NCBI GenBank assembly: GCA_034226945.1
Contig: CP120456.1
Coordinates: 186,001-250,000, forward strand
Length of the DNA stretch: 64,000 bases
Direction: 5' to 3'
Origin: Picochlorum sp. SENEW3
Lineage: Eukaryota
In this document: in pieces, positions 12,401 through 22,652 of the stretch
Layout of the letters: every line of letters begins with the position of its first letter
How positions within the stretch are numbered: the first letter of the stretch is position 1
Notes under the pieces: model-generated
What the model saw: the letters and a program-made list of their open reading frames with translations, nothing else
Told to the model about the DNA's origin: nothing
Databases searched by the model: none
Program-made: the position numbers and the translations under genes

Positions 12401-13813
12401 TCACATGAGCCAGCTATCATTCTGCTGTAGCTGTCGAAGTCTCCCTTCCAATTGCATAATGGTAGAGTTCTTTTCATCAAGAATCTCTTGGACATGAGGT
12501 GGTATGTCTTGGTCATTGTCTTGTTGTAGCTGAGCATGGGCTAGCCTCTCAAGGGTTTCTGCATGGACAGACTTGAGGGCATGGAGGTCGTGTTGCAGTT
12601 GCTGGGCACGGACCCTATCACGGCGCAAGTCTTCAATCTCCATGGATTGTTTTAGCACCTGTTCATGTAATGCTGAGGAGCGCTGTTTTTCTTCTACGAG
12701 TGATTCCTGTGTGGATGCGAGCGCCTGTTCTCTCTCGTGCAGTTCATTCCTCAGGTCCTCCAAAGCGTCATCGTCCACCGTGTCAGCCTTGCTGTGTTGA
12801 TCTTGGGTATCAAATACCCCATTCATGAATGTGAGCTGCTCTTCCAGGTAGGCGATTCTCTTGACAGAGTGCTGAACTTGCTCTTCCAGGGCCTTTTTGT
12901 GCTGTTCCAAGGCATGTGCATCGTCCTTGTATGACGCTCTCGATAGTTCTATTTCGTGTATTTCGTCTTCTAAATGCGATATAGTATCTGATAGGGACGC
13001 ATTTTCTTCCGTCATTGATTGCAACGCGTCACGAGCCTGTTGGTATTGCACACGATAGGCCTCAGCATCGCATGCAGTCTCCTCCAATCGCCGCTCTAAT
13101 GCTTCATGAGTATCCTGTAGAGACTCGAGAGACTCCTTGGTTTCCTCAAGCTGACTTTTGACTTTGTCAGACTCTCGTGTGACGGATTCAAGCTGTGCTC
13201 GAAGAGCAGCAATCTGCCTCGCCAAGGCCAGAGTACCAACATCATCATCATCATCATCATCACCACGGGTTGATTCTTCTTCTCGCTGCGCATCATCAGC
13301 AACAGTGTCGGCTGATGTTTCTTCGGAGGCATTCAATTCGTACTTGTGCTTCATCCTGTTCAGCTGCACCTCGAGGACTGCCATCTCCTGCTTGCATACA
13401 GCATGCGCGCTTCTACAATGCACCAACTCGCGCTCAAGAGACTCCCTCTCCATCACCAGCCCATCAAACCGTGACTGAATCATCCTTGACATACTTTCTG
13501 CCTTGGTTGCACGATCGTGCAACTCTTTCAACTGACTCAGTGCCATCTCTGCCCCATACCGACTGGCAGCACTGCCATGCTCCATCTTCTTCCGAATAGC
13601 ACGCGTCTGCTGCATCCTCTGCCTTCCTTCTTGTATAGAAGATATAGGGTCGTGCTTTGTAGACGCTATTCGAGGCGTTGGATCCCCTGAATCATGAAAC
13701 CCACCCAGAGCATGGCCAATGAGCTTGTTCACAAACTCCTTCCTACCCCCTCTATACGCACCAATTGCTCCATCAGTACCACATTCTCTAGTATCCGTTG
13801 TTGCCATCAACAT
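12401..13813 (-). CDS. Uncharacterised long coiled-coil protein
   Basis: Long ORF with E/Q/L/R heptad composition. Likely start is ATG 13813, since the upstream extension of the ORF reads like promoter sequence. Confidence 0.7.
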   Translation of the reverse strand: MLMATTDTRECGTDGAIGAYRGGRKEFVNKLIGHALGGFHDSGDPTPRIASTKHDPISSIQEGRQRMQQTRAIRKKMEHGSAASRYGAEMALSQLKELHDRATKAESMSRMIQSRFDGLVMERESLERELVHCRSAHAVCKQEMAVLEVQLNRMKHKYELNASEETSADTVADDAQREEESTRGDDDDDDDVGTLALARQIAALRAQLESVTRESDKVKSQLEETKESLESLQDTHEALERRLEETACDAEAYRVQYQQARDALQSMTEENASLSDTISHLEDEIHEIELSRASYKDDAHALEQHKKALEEQVQHSVKRIAYLEEQLTFMNGVFDTQDQHSKADTVDDDALEDLRNELHEREQALASTQESLVEEKQRSSALHEQVLKQSMEIEDLRRDRVRAQQLQHDLHALKSVHAETLERLAHAQLQQDNDQDIPPHVQEILDEKNSTIMQLEGRLRQLQQNDSWLM

Positions 13814-14302
13814 GTTGATGACAGCCGCGTCAAGGGAATTGGTTGTTGAATTACCGTTGAGAAATCGTCGTCTTCTTCTTCTCTGTCCCTGTACTACTCG
13901 GTAGTGCCGCTTTTCTTTACGTGCAAATTTAAAAAATAAACGGTATAGAACACGAACCAGGGTTGAGAATACGTGATCACAACAATGCCGTGGGATTTTC
14001 TCCATATATTGATACATTAAAAACATGGGTATGCCATGGACATGTAAATACAGCAGCACTGCTGCGACTAGCGCTGGTATTCATAAAAAAAAGACTGCGT
14101 ATCAATAAATAATAGTAGTTCTGCGCGGTATCACACACAAGACGAGACTGATTGGAAAGAAAAAGTGTAATACAAGCAACATTTATCGACGCGTGTTCTT
14201 TCCCGTGTTCATACCTGTAGAGTATTCTTGTCACAGATATCTTTTTCATAGAAAAAGTTACTGAAGTTGTAGAAGGCCACAAAAGTAAGGGATACTGTGA
14301 CT

Positions 14303-14986
14303 ATGGCCAAGGACTTTGTCAGCGTGGAGCCCGAGGAACTCGTGTTCAAGTTTGAACTTCGAAGGCAGATTCCTGTAGGTTTGACGATGCAGAATCTTAC
14401 AAACAAAAGGGTTGCTTTCAAGGTGAAGACAACGAATCCGAAAAAGTACTCGGTGCGTCCATCGCACGGATTCATGGATGGGAAATCAGTTCAGGAGATC
14501 ACGGTGACGATGAACTCGCAGAGAGAGCCTCCTGTGAGTTATCAGAATTGTAGAGATAAATTTTTGATCCAGAGTGCGGTTGTTGGGGCGGATGTGAAAT
14601 CTGTGACGTCGGAGCTTTTCGACGAGGCTGCCAAGAAGAATGCTGTGCAGCAGACGAAACTGCGCGTGCAGTTGGTTCCTCCTGCCCAGCCTCCGTCTCC
14701 TGTTCCAGAAGAAACGACTCCGTCGGTGACATTTGGAGCGGATACGAGGTCGGATGAGGAGGTGGTTCAAACGAGGACTCCAGTGATGGCTGTGGCGTCA
14801 CATACACAACCAAAGCAGGTCAGCAGTCAAGGGTTCACCCTTTTGAACATCATCTTGGTTGCCTTGTTGGCATTCTTGTTGGGCTATTTTTCAAAAGGGC
14901 ATATTCCCGCGTTGGACATGATGAAACAGAACATAACTGACATTGTGATGAAGCATCCTGTGCTGAGGAAGATGGTCTCAGGCTAA
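14303..14986 (+). CDS. VAP27: Vesicle-associated protein (VAP27/VAP family; MSP domain plus C-terminal TM)
   Basis: VAFKVKTTNPKKYSVRP, CRDKFLIQS and a C-terminal hydrophobic tail. Confidence 0.93.
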   Translation: MAKDFVSVEPEELVFKFELRRQIPVGLTMQNLTNKRVAFKVKTTNPKKYSVRPSHGFMDGKSVQEITVTMNSQREPPVSYQNCRDKFLIQSAVVGADVKSVTSELFDEAAKKNAVQQTKLRVQLVPPAQPPSPVPEETTPSVTFGADTRSDEEVVQTRTPVMAVASHTQPKQVSSQGFTLLNIILVALLAFLLGYFSKGHIPALDMMKQNITDIVMKHPVLRKMVSG

Positions 14987-15315
14987 CGAGAGGCACAAAG
15001 AAGTCATCTTCTGCTTTTTTTTCCTTTCTAGATAATCATAACACTGATGATGCATGAGTATATGTAAACAAATCATGTAAGAACAAGAAACGCCAGATTA
15101 TGTACTCCATGATATGGGTGTGGGGTCTGCAATGCTGCAGACCACGGCTGATTTGGTCAGTACTGTCTGACCAAGGTCAGTCGAGCGAACCATGATCTAT
15201 TGTTATTCAAGATTCTCTGGATCGGCGTTATATCGATCGCAAATCTCCTGAGGCAATCATAGGATTATTTTATTTGATAGCTCGTGTATTTAATCAGATA
15301 GCTGCTGTAGTTCTC

Positions 15316-15944
15316 ATGTTGACGTTCATCAGACTGACCCTTCTGTTGGCGGTCACGCTTGTGGCGCTTATGGCGCAAAGCGCCGAGGCCAAACAAATTA
15401 CCCTCCGATGGACGAAGAAATCCGTGAAAGCCAATGTTCCAAGGAGTGGAAAAAGAATGATTGACCCTAAGAAGAAGATCATGAAGGTACGCAGGGTTTT
15501 GCTGAGGAAGATTCTGTTGCACAGAATATTTGGTGTGGCGGGAATTGTTGATCGCGAGGGTGATGGATGCCTGATTGAGCCTGTACACTGTTCAATCGTC
15601 TCTTGATGAGAAAAAGTCTGATGTTTTACCCCGTTACCGTGCAGGTCTGCTCAGGTGATGTTGTTCATTTCAAGTGGTCAGGTGAACAGATGGGACTGTA
15701 CGGATTCTACAACGAAAAGGCATACAAAAAGTGCGCCAAAGGAAACCTGAACTATATGAAGAACACAAGACCAAAGGGCTCTTTCAAGACAAAGCCGAAC
15801 AGGTCTGGATGGCGTTACTATGCACACATTGGTGGAGCCGGTGATGGTGCATGCAAGTATGGATGTGGAAATCCAAAGAACAAGACCAACAGGATTACAG
15901 GAACTTGCGAACAGAGAATTGCTATTCTTTGGCAAAGATGCTAA
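15316..15944 (+). CDS. Secreted basic phytocyanin/cupredoxin-like protein, 2 exons
   Basis: Signal peptide (..AQSAEA). Intron 15487-15644 is in frame. GDVVHFKW...AYKKC...GWRYY...C pattern of the plastocyanin-like domain. Confidence 0.6.
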
Positions 15945-16338
15945 AGTATCATTGATGTAAGGAATGCATTGCGCATTGAAGAATTGTTGAATGTTCATGA
16001 ACCAACATTGTCCATGGTCATGAAGCTGATATGTCTGAATCGTGAATTATATATCTTTATTGTAACGGATGGTTCACAACTTTTTTTGAAGGTATTTGCC
16101 TTTTCAAACGATAATGTTGATACACCCGAAAAGGGGAGCAATTCATGTGCTCTTGCACATTAATAAATGCAAGCTATGCATGTTTTTTATTGGTGCTGGT
16201 TGCTAGCTCTGCCTTGATACTGTGTTACTCTTTGTCAATCCATGATGATAGTCTCATCGAATATTGCAACATCTGCACATTTAAATAAGGCCGGGTCCTC
16301 AAGTACTATGCAGTTGATGGAGATGGGCTTGGGTCCGG

Positions 16339-17443
16339 TCAAGAAGGAACAGTAGTGTAAGGCGAGGGAGGAGGAGGAGGAGATGGAGGAGATGGAGGAG
16401 GTGGTGGTGGAGGAGGTGGCGGAGAGGGAGGAGGAGGAGATGGAGGAGGTGGTGGTGGAGGAGGTGGCGGAGAGGGAGGAGGAGGAGGAGGAGGAGGAGG
16501 AGATGGAGGAGGAGGCGATGGAGGGGGCGGAGGGCTGTTGCAAAAAATTGGATCTGCTGGAGACCCTCTCGATATCGCAGCATCTGAATATGATGATACA
16601 AAACACCGGTACAATGTATCGGCAGGGATGGATTCAATGGACAGAATAGTTGCCCTAGTTGACGTGATATTTTGAGGTACGCTACCATCCTCAGTGATGC
16701 ATGAGACAAGGTACCCCAGTGCTGATGGAACCTCGTCCCAACTCATATACAGGCTAAAGGATTGGCACTCCGCCGATGCACTAACATTTCTAGGAGACCT
16801 CAAGGCCAACCCAGGGAATATACCTTCTGGCTCAGGACATTGTAGATACCCTGAATAGTACCTATTGCTCTTCCTTCTATTCAACGGTGTCAATCCAGAG
16901 AGAAGGACACATTTGTTACTCTTTGGGTTGAGAATAAACGCCTCGCATTTATGGTGCGCCTCAAATTCCCCGTTTACAATGTTATTAGGGTCCCCATCTT
17001 GCAGAACTATTGGGTCACCATTCTCATCCGTCTCCCAGTCCATGCCACAAAGCTGGCCACACTTTCTGAGAGAGACACTTGCTTTATCTAAAGTATGCAC
17101 AGCAATAATGCTCCCATCTCGATAATAACTGCACCAGAGTTTTTTTAAGAACATGATTATTCAAGATACAAATGTACATGTCTGCGGCGCATAGCGTATA
17201 TGCCATACATGTGCGAATCCTTGCAACAGGCACATTGCAAAAATCCTCATGGGCTCATTTCAGGCATTCGTACCTCTTGCCTGGATTATATTTGACGTAA
17301 TCCTGATAGGTCGAGCCACTCATATTTTGACAGAGCCCTGTTCTGAAAGTTTCTGTTAGTTGCCGACTGACCGCGCTCATGGGGATGGAAAGCAAGCACG
17401 CTGTGGCCAGGGCAAGTGCCACCAGTCGTGGATGTCGACCCAT
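16339..17443 (-). CDS. Secreted cell-wall-type protein: PAN/Apple-like + FN3-like + Ser-Pro(n) extensin tail, 2 exons
   Basis: Signal peptide; intron 17129-17273; C..LC...C.AF......C.L PAN pattern; PRNV...SW......GY.V...LYRCFVSS FN3 pattern; SPPPP repeats. Confidence 0.7.
16364..16535 (-). repeat. Low-complexity GGA/GGT tandem tract encoding Ser-Pro(n) repeats
   Basis: Visible directly; includes a duplicated unit (ggaggaggtggtggtggaggaggtggcggagagggaggaggaggag). Confidence 0.9.
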
Positions 17444-18341
17444 GACCAAGACTGCAGTGATCAGATAGTCCTCAAGCTAAATATATGCATACCCTGACAA
17501 TATTTAATTTTCGTCTATGCGTATAGAATACCAATTGGAATTTCGAGAACACTCGCGTTCACGGGGAAGATATCGGCTCTGCTGTATTTGCTCTGCAACC
17601 CATACGATATTTGCCGTATTGCCTACAGCAAAAGTACATGAAATAGGACAATGTTCATTTGATGAAGAAATAGCCCTTGTTTGGTGCAGATACCTTCAGA
17701 AAGGCAATGCTTTGAAAGGATTTTCGCGGGGGGGACGTCCCGGTTACGTGACGGTAACATAACGTGACACGCCTTGTATCTACCAAATCTCTCCCGACCT
17801 TGGCCAAGGACGACTGGTACTTACCATTGGTGTCAAACCAACAATCATTCATCCATTGTTGTCATGCTCGAGAATACTTTGTGAACTATTCAATAACCTA
17901 TCTCTACTACATCTCAACCTAAAGTACGACGTACGTATCTTTTTTTTTTTCCTGCTCAACAAGGAATTCCTTCGAAGGAAGGAAGCAAAGAAGGAAGATT
18001 GCAGGGGCGCCTGGACCCATCTGGGCAATGGACAGCATGGAATATTGGATTGCCGCACTGGGAAGGAGGAAGCATGATCAATATCCCTGCTTCTTGACTC
18101 GTATTCAATAGGTAACCTTGCATTATGCAACCATCTACCATGAAGCCAGCTGACCTGCGCAGGTCGATGGAGCATCAAAAAAGTCCTGATCAGGCCTAAT
18201 GCTGCCAGCACTGGTATCGTTGTTGTCGTTACCATTCGTGGATAGTATAGGACAAGCAGAGCCATTAAATAATAAGTAAACATATAATTAATATCGAATA
18301 CATTGCGATTGGTGAGCCATACGCCTCGAAGACGAGGGATC

Positions 18342-18884
18342 ATGAATTGGCTTCAAGACACGTTTGACAAAGTCCAGGATTCGATACAGGATAGATTCGG
18401 CGGTGGAATAGACGAGGAGGAAGAAGAAAATCAATCTTTATTACAACAGCTTAATGAAGCATCGACGCTGAATAGAACGCAGAGGTTGTTAGGGTTTGCT
18501 GTCTGCTTTGGAATGGGAATGCTGTTGAGTTTCTTCGCTCCAGGCTTTATTCTGAGACCCGTCAAGCTAGCAACAACCTTGACACTTGGTAATATCCTAT
18601 CGATTGGCAGTATGATGTTTTTAATGGGTCCAGCAAAGCAATGTCAGTCCATGATGGACAGTAAAAGGAGAACTGCAACACTTGTGTATTTTTGTACACT
18701 GGTGCTCACAATCTTGTCAGCATTCCTCGTGAAGAGTAGGCTACTGTGCTTGATTTGCATTGCTGTGCAGTACTCTGCGTTGCTATGGTATTCTTTATCG
18801 TACATTCCGTATGGGCAGAGCATGCTTTTGAACATGCTCAGAATGAGAATGCCAGCATCTTCATCCTCACTCGATGCTGCTTAG
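18342..18884 (+). CDS. SFT2: Vesicle transport protein SFT2-like (Got1/Sft2 family)
   Basis: LNRTQRLLGFAVC, TLGNILS..S..FLMGP.KQ, WYSLSYIPYG; four TM segments. Confidence 0.93.
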   Translation: MNWLQDTFDKVQDSIQDRFGGGIDEEEEENQSLLQQLNEASTLNRTQRLLGFAVCFGMGMLLSFFAPGFILRPVKLATTLTLGNILSIGSMMFLMGPAKQCQSMMDSKRRTATLVYFCTLVLTILSAFLVKSRLLCLICIAVQYSALLWYSLSYIPYGQSMLLNMLRMRMPASSSSLDAA

Positions 18885-18986
18885 AAGAATACACCGCTTG
18901 CAATGGGGATTGGTACTTTTTTTAATTTGATTCATAAAGAAATATGGAGTGCTGATTGAATTAGAGGGAACGCATGAAAGACTCCA

Positions 18987-19370
18987 ATGGACAAGCCGTG
19001 TGTATTGTACGTGTCACGAAAGCGGCCGATGGGCACTTGATTGCATTTTGAAATGAATTATACCCATTAAAATGATGCAGTGAAGCGACGTTTCCAGTGG
19101 AGAGCGAAGAGACGGCTGAGTTGTTATTGTCTGCTCTCTCTGTTGACAAGGAGGTGGGTTGCTGTGTTTTTGCTGCACCATGCTCATACATCTCATGACA
19201 ATGTATAACTGCAGGTGAAACAGAATCTCGCGAGAAAGGAATTAATCGTAGATGGACGGAATCTACGGGTCTCTATTGCTGCTGTGGATGCTGGGACACT
19301 GCGGTCAGCAACATGTGCATTCCTGCAGACTCTTCAATTTGCATTAGAAATAAAGAGCGCGTTTACATGA
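18987..19370 (+). CDS. PCC1: KEOPS/EKC complex subunit Pcc1/LAGE3, 3 exons (not in ORF track)
   Basis: Exons 18987-19006, 19081-19153 and 19215-19370 give 82 aa: MDKPCVFEATFPVESEETAELLLSALSVDKEVKQNLARKELIVDGRNLRVSIAAVDAGTLRSATCAFLQTLQFALEIKSAFT, matching the Pcc1 pattern (L.VD.E...R.L...G..L.V...A.D...LR). Confidence 0.85.
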
Positions 19371-19371
19371 T

Positions 19372-20421
19372 CTAGTCTGATGAGTCATTTGTTGTACATT
19401 TTCGACACAGGGGAACAAAGTACTGCGGAAAGTGCCAGTATCGATGCATCACACGCTTCCAGATATCTTGATGGGATGCATCCACCTGAACAGGGTAATA
19501 TTCCACGCGCAATCCTAGTTCGTTGAGTTCTCTGCGTGCTATTTCTCCATACACCATATGGAAAAAGATATTATCTGGGGCTAATCCATTGAAGAAACTG
19601 TATACACCTTGATCTTTTAGTAATGCTGGAAGTTTTGTATGGAGAATTTGCATATCTTCATAGTATTCGCCATACGTGTCAAAAAATATCCCATCAAAGG
19701 GACCAAGATCATCTATGACGTCTTGCCATCGGCCAAACACGACGCGTACATTCTCTTTCTTGTCCCAACCAGTTCGAATCATATGTTGATACACATCTGG
19801 ATGGGCTTCAATAATGGTGTGGGTTTTGGGAGCCAATTTTTGAATCTCCTCATCTATAATTCCCATTCCAAATCCTATATTCAACACATCCCCTTGATTC
19901 CAACATATATCCTTTGCATGTTTGACCATCAATGGCGTTTCCCACCCCATCATAACAGCCTCCCCAGTGGAATCGTCCATGAGCTTTTCATTCTCATAGT
20001 GTATCGTACTCTTCAAGTACTCCTCATTCACTGGGTTTGATTCTTCTTTCCGCTTCGCCAGACTTTCCCTACCGAGTACCATCTCTGATTGCACCGCCCA
20101 TTCTAGTAATAGCCGAAATACGCTCTTGTCCGGATTGCCCATGGCATACTCCCCAGCTGTATGCCCTTCAGCATCCTGAGTTTGCCATGATGCTCCTGCT
20201 TCCAAGAGACTCTGCACCATTCTCTCATCCCCATGCTCCGCCGCATGCATCAACGGTGTTATAGAACTGCCATCAACGCATGCATTCGGATCTACGTCTC
20301 CAGACTCGAGGAGTGTCTTGACTGTCTCAACATCATTTTCCTTGCATGCTTCTTGCAACGAAGGATTCGGTACTGTATCATCACCTGCATTCATGGTGAT
20401 TCCTTTGGCATATCTATGCAT
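19372..20421 (-). CDS. RMT2: Ankyrin + GAMT-like protein arginine methyltransferase (RMT2-like)
   Basis: Ankyrin repeat (TPLMHAAEHG); VMMGWETPLM, LNIGFGMGIID, IIEAHPDV, FDGIFFDTYGE, SFFNGL. Confidence 0.9.
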   Translation of the reverse strand: MHRYAKGITMNAGDDTVPNPSLQEACKENDVETVKTLLESGDVDPNACVDGSSITPLMHAAEHGDERMVQSLLEAGASWQTQDAEGHTAGEYAMGNPDKSVFRLLLEWAVQSEMVLGRESLAKRKEESNPVNEEYLKSTIHYENEKLMDDSTGEAVMMGWETPLMVKHAKDICWNQGDVLNIGFGMGIIDEEIQKLAPKTHTIIEAHPDVYQHMIRTGWDKKENVRVVFGRWQDVIDDLGPFDGIFFDTYGEYYEDMQILHTKLPALLKDQGVYSFFNGLAPDNIFFHMVYGEIARRELNELGLRVEYYPVQVDASHQDIWKRVMHRYWHFPQYFVPLCRKCTTNDSSD

Positions 20422-20585
20422 TTAATCCACCAAAGAAGTATGCATTGCGGGGATGTACGCATAATTTGCTTTGTTCTGTCTGAATACTCCTAGATTAAAT
20501 AGATTTCAACAGCACCTCAGGTGACCACATGATACATGGTCTACACTGGCACCCACCTTACATGCATATAATACATACTTTGTGA

Positions 20586-21308
20586 ATGGAGAATAACATG
20601 GGTGCACTCACTGGAAAGACGATTATTGTGACTGGAGCGTCCAGAGGCTTGGGCAAGGAATTCTGCAAGCAATTGGCGAGCAAAGGGAATAGAGTCATAG
20701 CTGCCTGCAGAACTCCAGAAAATGTGAAAGATCTGGATACTATTGCAGAATTAACGGCTTTGGATGTGTCCATTGTGGATTCTGAAGAAGATCCAAAGAG
20801 CATTTCAAATTGGGCAAAAACGATTGCAGGAATGTGCGATCATGTCGATGTAGTGATTAATAATGCTGGGATATATGGGAAGAGAGCATCGTTCGAGGAG
20901 ATGGATGCGGAGACAATGATGGAGGTGTATCGGATCAATACTGTGGGTCCATTCATGGTCAGTCAGCACCTGTTCAAACACAACTTGTTGGGAGGAACCA
21001 AGCCCTCGATAATTGCAAATGTGACGAGCAAGGTTGGGAGCGTGGATGATAATGGGTCGGGGGGATCATACGCATACAGAGCGTCAAAGTCTGCCCTGAA
21101 TAATGTGAACAAGTCTATGAGCATTGATCTGGCAGAGGACAACATCACGTCCACGTTGCTGCATCCGGGGTGGGTTCGGACCGATATGACGAGTAACTAT
21201 GGGTTGATTGATGTGGATGAGTCTGTCCGAGGGATGATTAATGTCTTGGAGACCAAAGAGTTGCAAGGGACCTGGCATGCATTTGATGGCAAGGTGATTC
21301 CTTGGTAA
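20586..21308 (+). CDS. Short-chain dehydrogenase/reductase, CsgA/C-factor-like
   Basis: TGASRGLG, INNAGI, YAYRASKSALN, LHPGWVRTDM. Confidence 0.9.
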   Translation: MENNMGALTGKTIIVTGASRGLGKEFCKQLASKGNRVIAACRTPENVKDLDTIAELTALDVSIVDSEEDPKSISNWAKTIAGMCDHVDVVINNAGIYGKRASFEEMDAETMMEVYRINTVGPFMVSQHLFKHNLLGGTKPSIIANVTSKVGSVDDNGSGGSYAYRASKSALNNVNKSMSIDLAEDNITSTLLHPGWVRTDMTSNYGLIDVDESVRGMINVLETKELQGTWHAFDGKVIPW

Positions 21309-21345
21309 TACAATACATATAATTTTGCACTGCATACTATTTTAT

Positions 21346-22284
21346 TCATGTAACATTGCTATCTACACGGATTTTCCTCAGGACAGTTTGAATCTTTGAT
21401 GCGGATCCAAAAGACACTGGTGGCCCCCATTCAGGCCTTGAAATACCTGGGCCACTGGAATTCTCTTTGGGAATGAATGCAAGCTTCCATACAATACTAA
21501 ACCGAGGGTTTCCCTTGGCCACTGATGACGGTGGAGACATTCTATGCACACAGTCTTGATGCATGAGAACAGCCCTGCCAGGGCGAGGTCTGATAAACAC
21601 TCCAGTGTCTCCTCCAGCTGCATCAAGAATGAGGGTGTCTGCCGCCCAGTCCCTGTGCCACTCTGAATTCAGGTAAATCAGTAGCGATACCAACAATGGT
21701 TTATTGGGTTCTCCATTAAAGTATTCTCCATATTGCTGCACCCATGGGCTGGAGGAAGGGAATGATGTGGGATCCGCATCCTGATGATAGACATATGTGT
21801 CTTCAGCTGATGCCGCATTCACCAATATATTTGAGCAATTGCCACCTTGTCCAGGTTCTTGTATCGCATCAGAAGGCATAAATACTATCTTATACTCTGG
21901 GTATAGTTTCACCAGCCTCGATTGAATTTCCAAGACGCTATCCAGTGATGCATCTTGCAATGTTTGTATCACATCATTTTTCACTCCCCATGTCGGGCAT
22001 CCCCCATCCATGTCCAGCGTCTTTCTGTCCCATACATCCCCTCGTAACCGTATTTCTCCACCTTCCACGTTCTCGGATAGATGGTGCAACAATTGCAACC
22101 GCGACCTCTCGTCAACAAAGTCATCCAAAACAACCACATGTGAATACGAAACACGTGCCCCAACGTCTCCCTCCTCAGTAGGCACGATGCAACCGTCCAA
22201 ACGCACATTCATACTTACATGAGCATCTCTCTCGGGATCCCACGCCGTCTCCCGAGTCTTAAAAGGCTGGAAATCGACGCGCAT
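21346..22284 (-). CDS. 2-oxoglutarate/Fe(II)-dependent oxygenase (prolyl-hydroxylase-like)
   Basis: HQD facial-triad motif, LLIYLN.EW...W, distal His (CVH) and RFS. Confidence 0.75.
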   Translation of the reverse strand: MRVDFQPFKTRETAWDPERDAHVSMNVRLDGCIVPTEEGDVGARVSYSHVVVLDDFVDERSRLQLLHHLSENVEGGEIRLRGDVWDRKTLDMDGGCPTWGVKNDVIQTLQDASLDSVLEIQSRLVKLYPEYKIVFMPSDAIQEPGQGGNCSNILVNAASAEDTYVYHQDADPTSFPSSSPWVQQYGEYFNGEPNKPLLVSLLIYLNSEWHRDWAADTLILDAAGGDTGVFIRPRPGRAVLMHQDCVHRMSPPSSVAKGNPRFSIVWKLAFIPKENSSGPGISRPEWGPPVSFGSASKIQTVLRKIRVDSNVT

Positions 22285-22292
22285 ACTCTTTT

Positions 22293-22652
22293 TTATGCAC
22301 CGCGAGACTTTTGCCTGAGCTGTTTCTTCGTCAACACTAATCTATCAAGAGCAGATACGTTTGAATCGTTCTTCTTTTGTCTATATTCTGCAACTAGTTT
22401 ACTCATATTTGCCATCTTCTCCGCCCTTTGTTTCTCGAGTTCAACCTTGAGCCGATCATGTTTATGCCCTTTTGGCGGTCGCTCTTTCTTCTCTTTCTTC
22501 TCAGATATGCTATCAAGCCATTCAAATTCTGCTGTTTTCCGTAAGCGTGCAATATTTTTGGCAGAAATCGCTGCTTTTCTCCACACAGACCCAACTTTTC
22601 TTGGCTGAACTGCCTCTTTGCCCAATTTCGCCAAAAGATGCGCCGCAGTCAT
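22293..22652 (-). CDS. Mitochondrial ribosomal protein mL59 (MRPL25)-like
   Basis: Basic 119-aa protein with WRKAAIS...ARLRK and PKGHKHDR.....R..KM.NM motifs. Confidence 0.7.
   Translation of the reverse strand: MTAAHLLAKLGKEAVQPRKVGSVWRKAAISAKNIARLRKTAEFEWLDSISEKKEKKERPPKGHKHDRLKVELEKQRAEKMANMSKLVAEYRQKKNDSNVSALDRLVLTKKQLRQKSRGA

Noticed and set aside
13814..14059. N-terminal extension of the coiled-coil ORF
   Set aside because: Non-ATG start inside an AT-rich divergent promoter, with composition unlike the rest of the protein.
16364..16535. CRISPR-like or satellite array; Glu-rich and His/Leu-rich ORFs in other frames
   Set aside because: It is the coding polyproline tract with no repeat-spacer structure. 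The other frames are low-complexity shadows.
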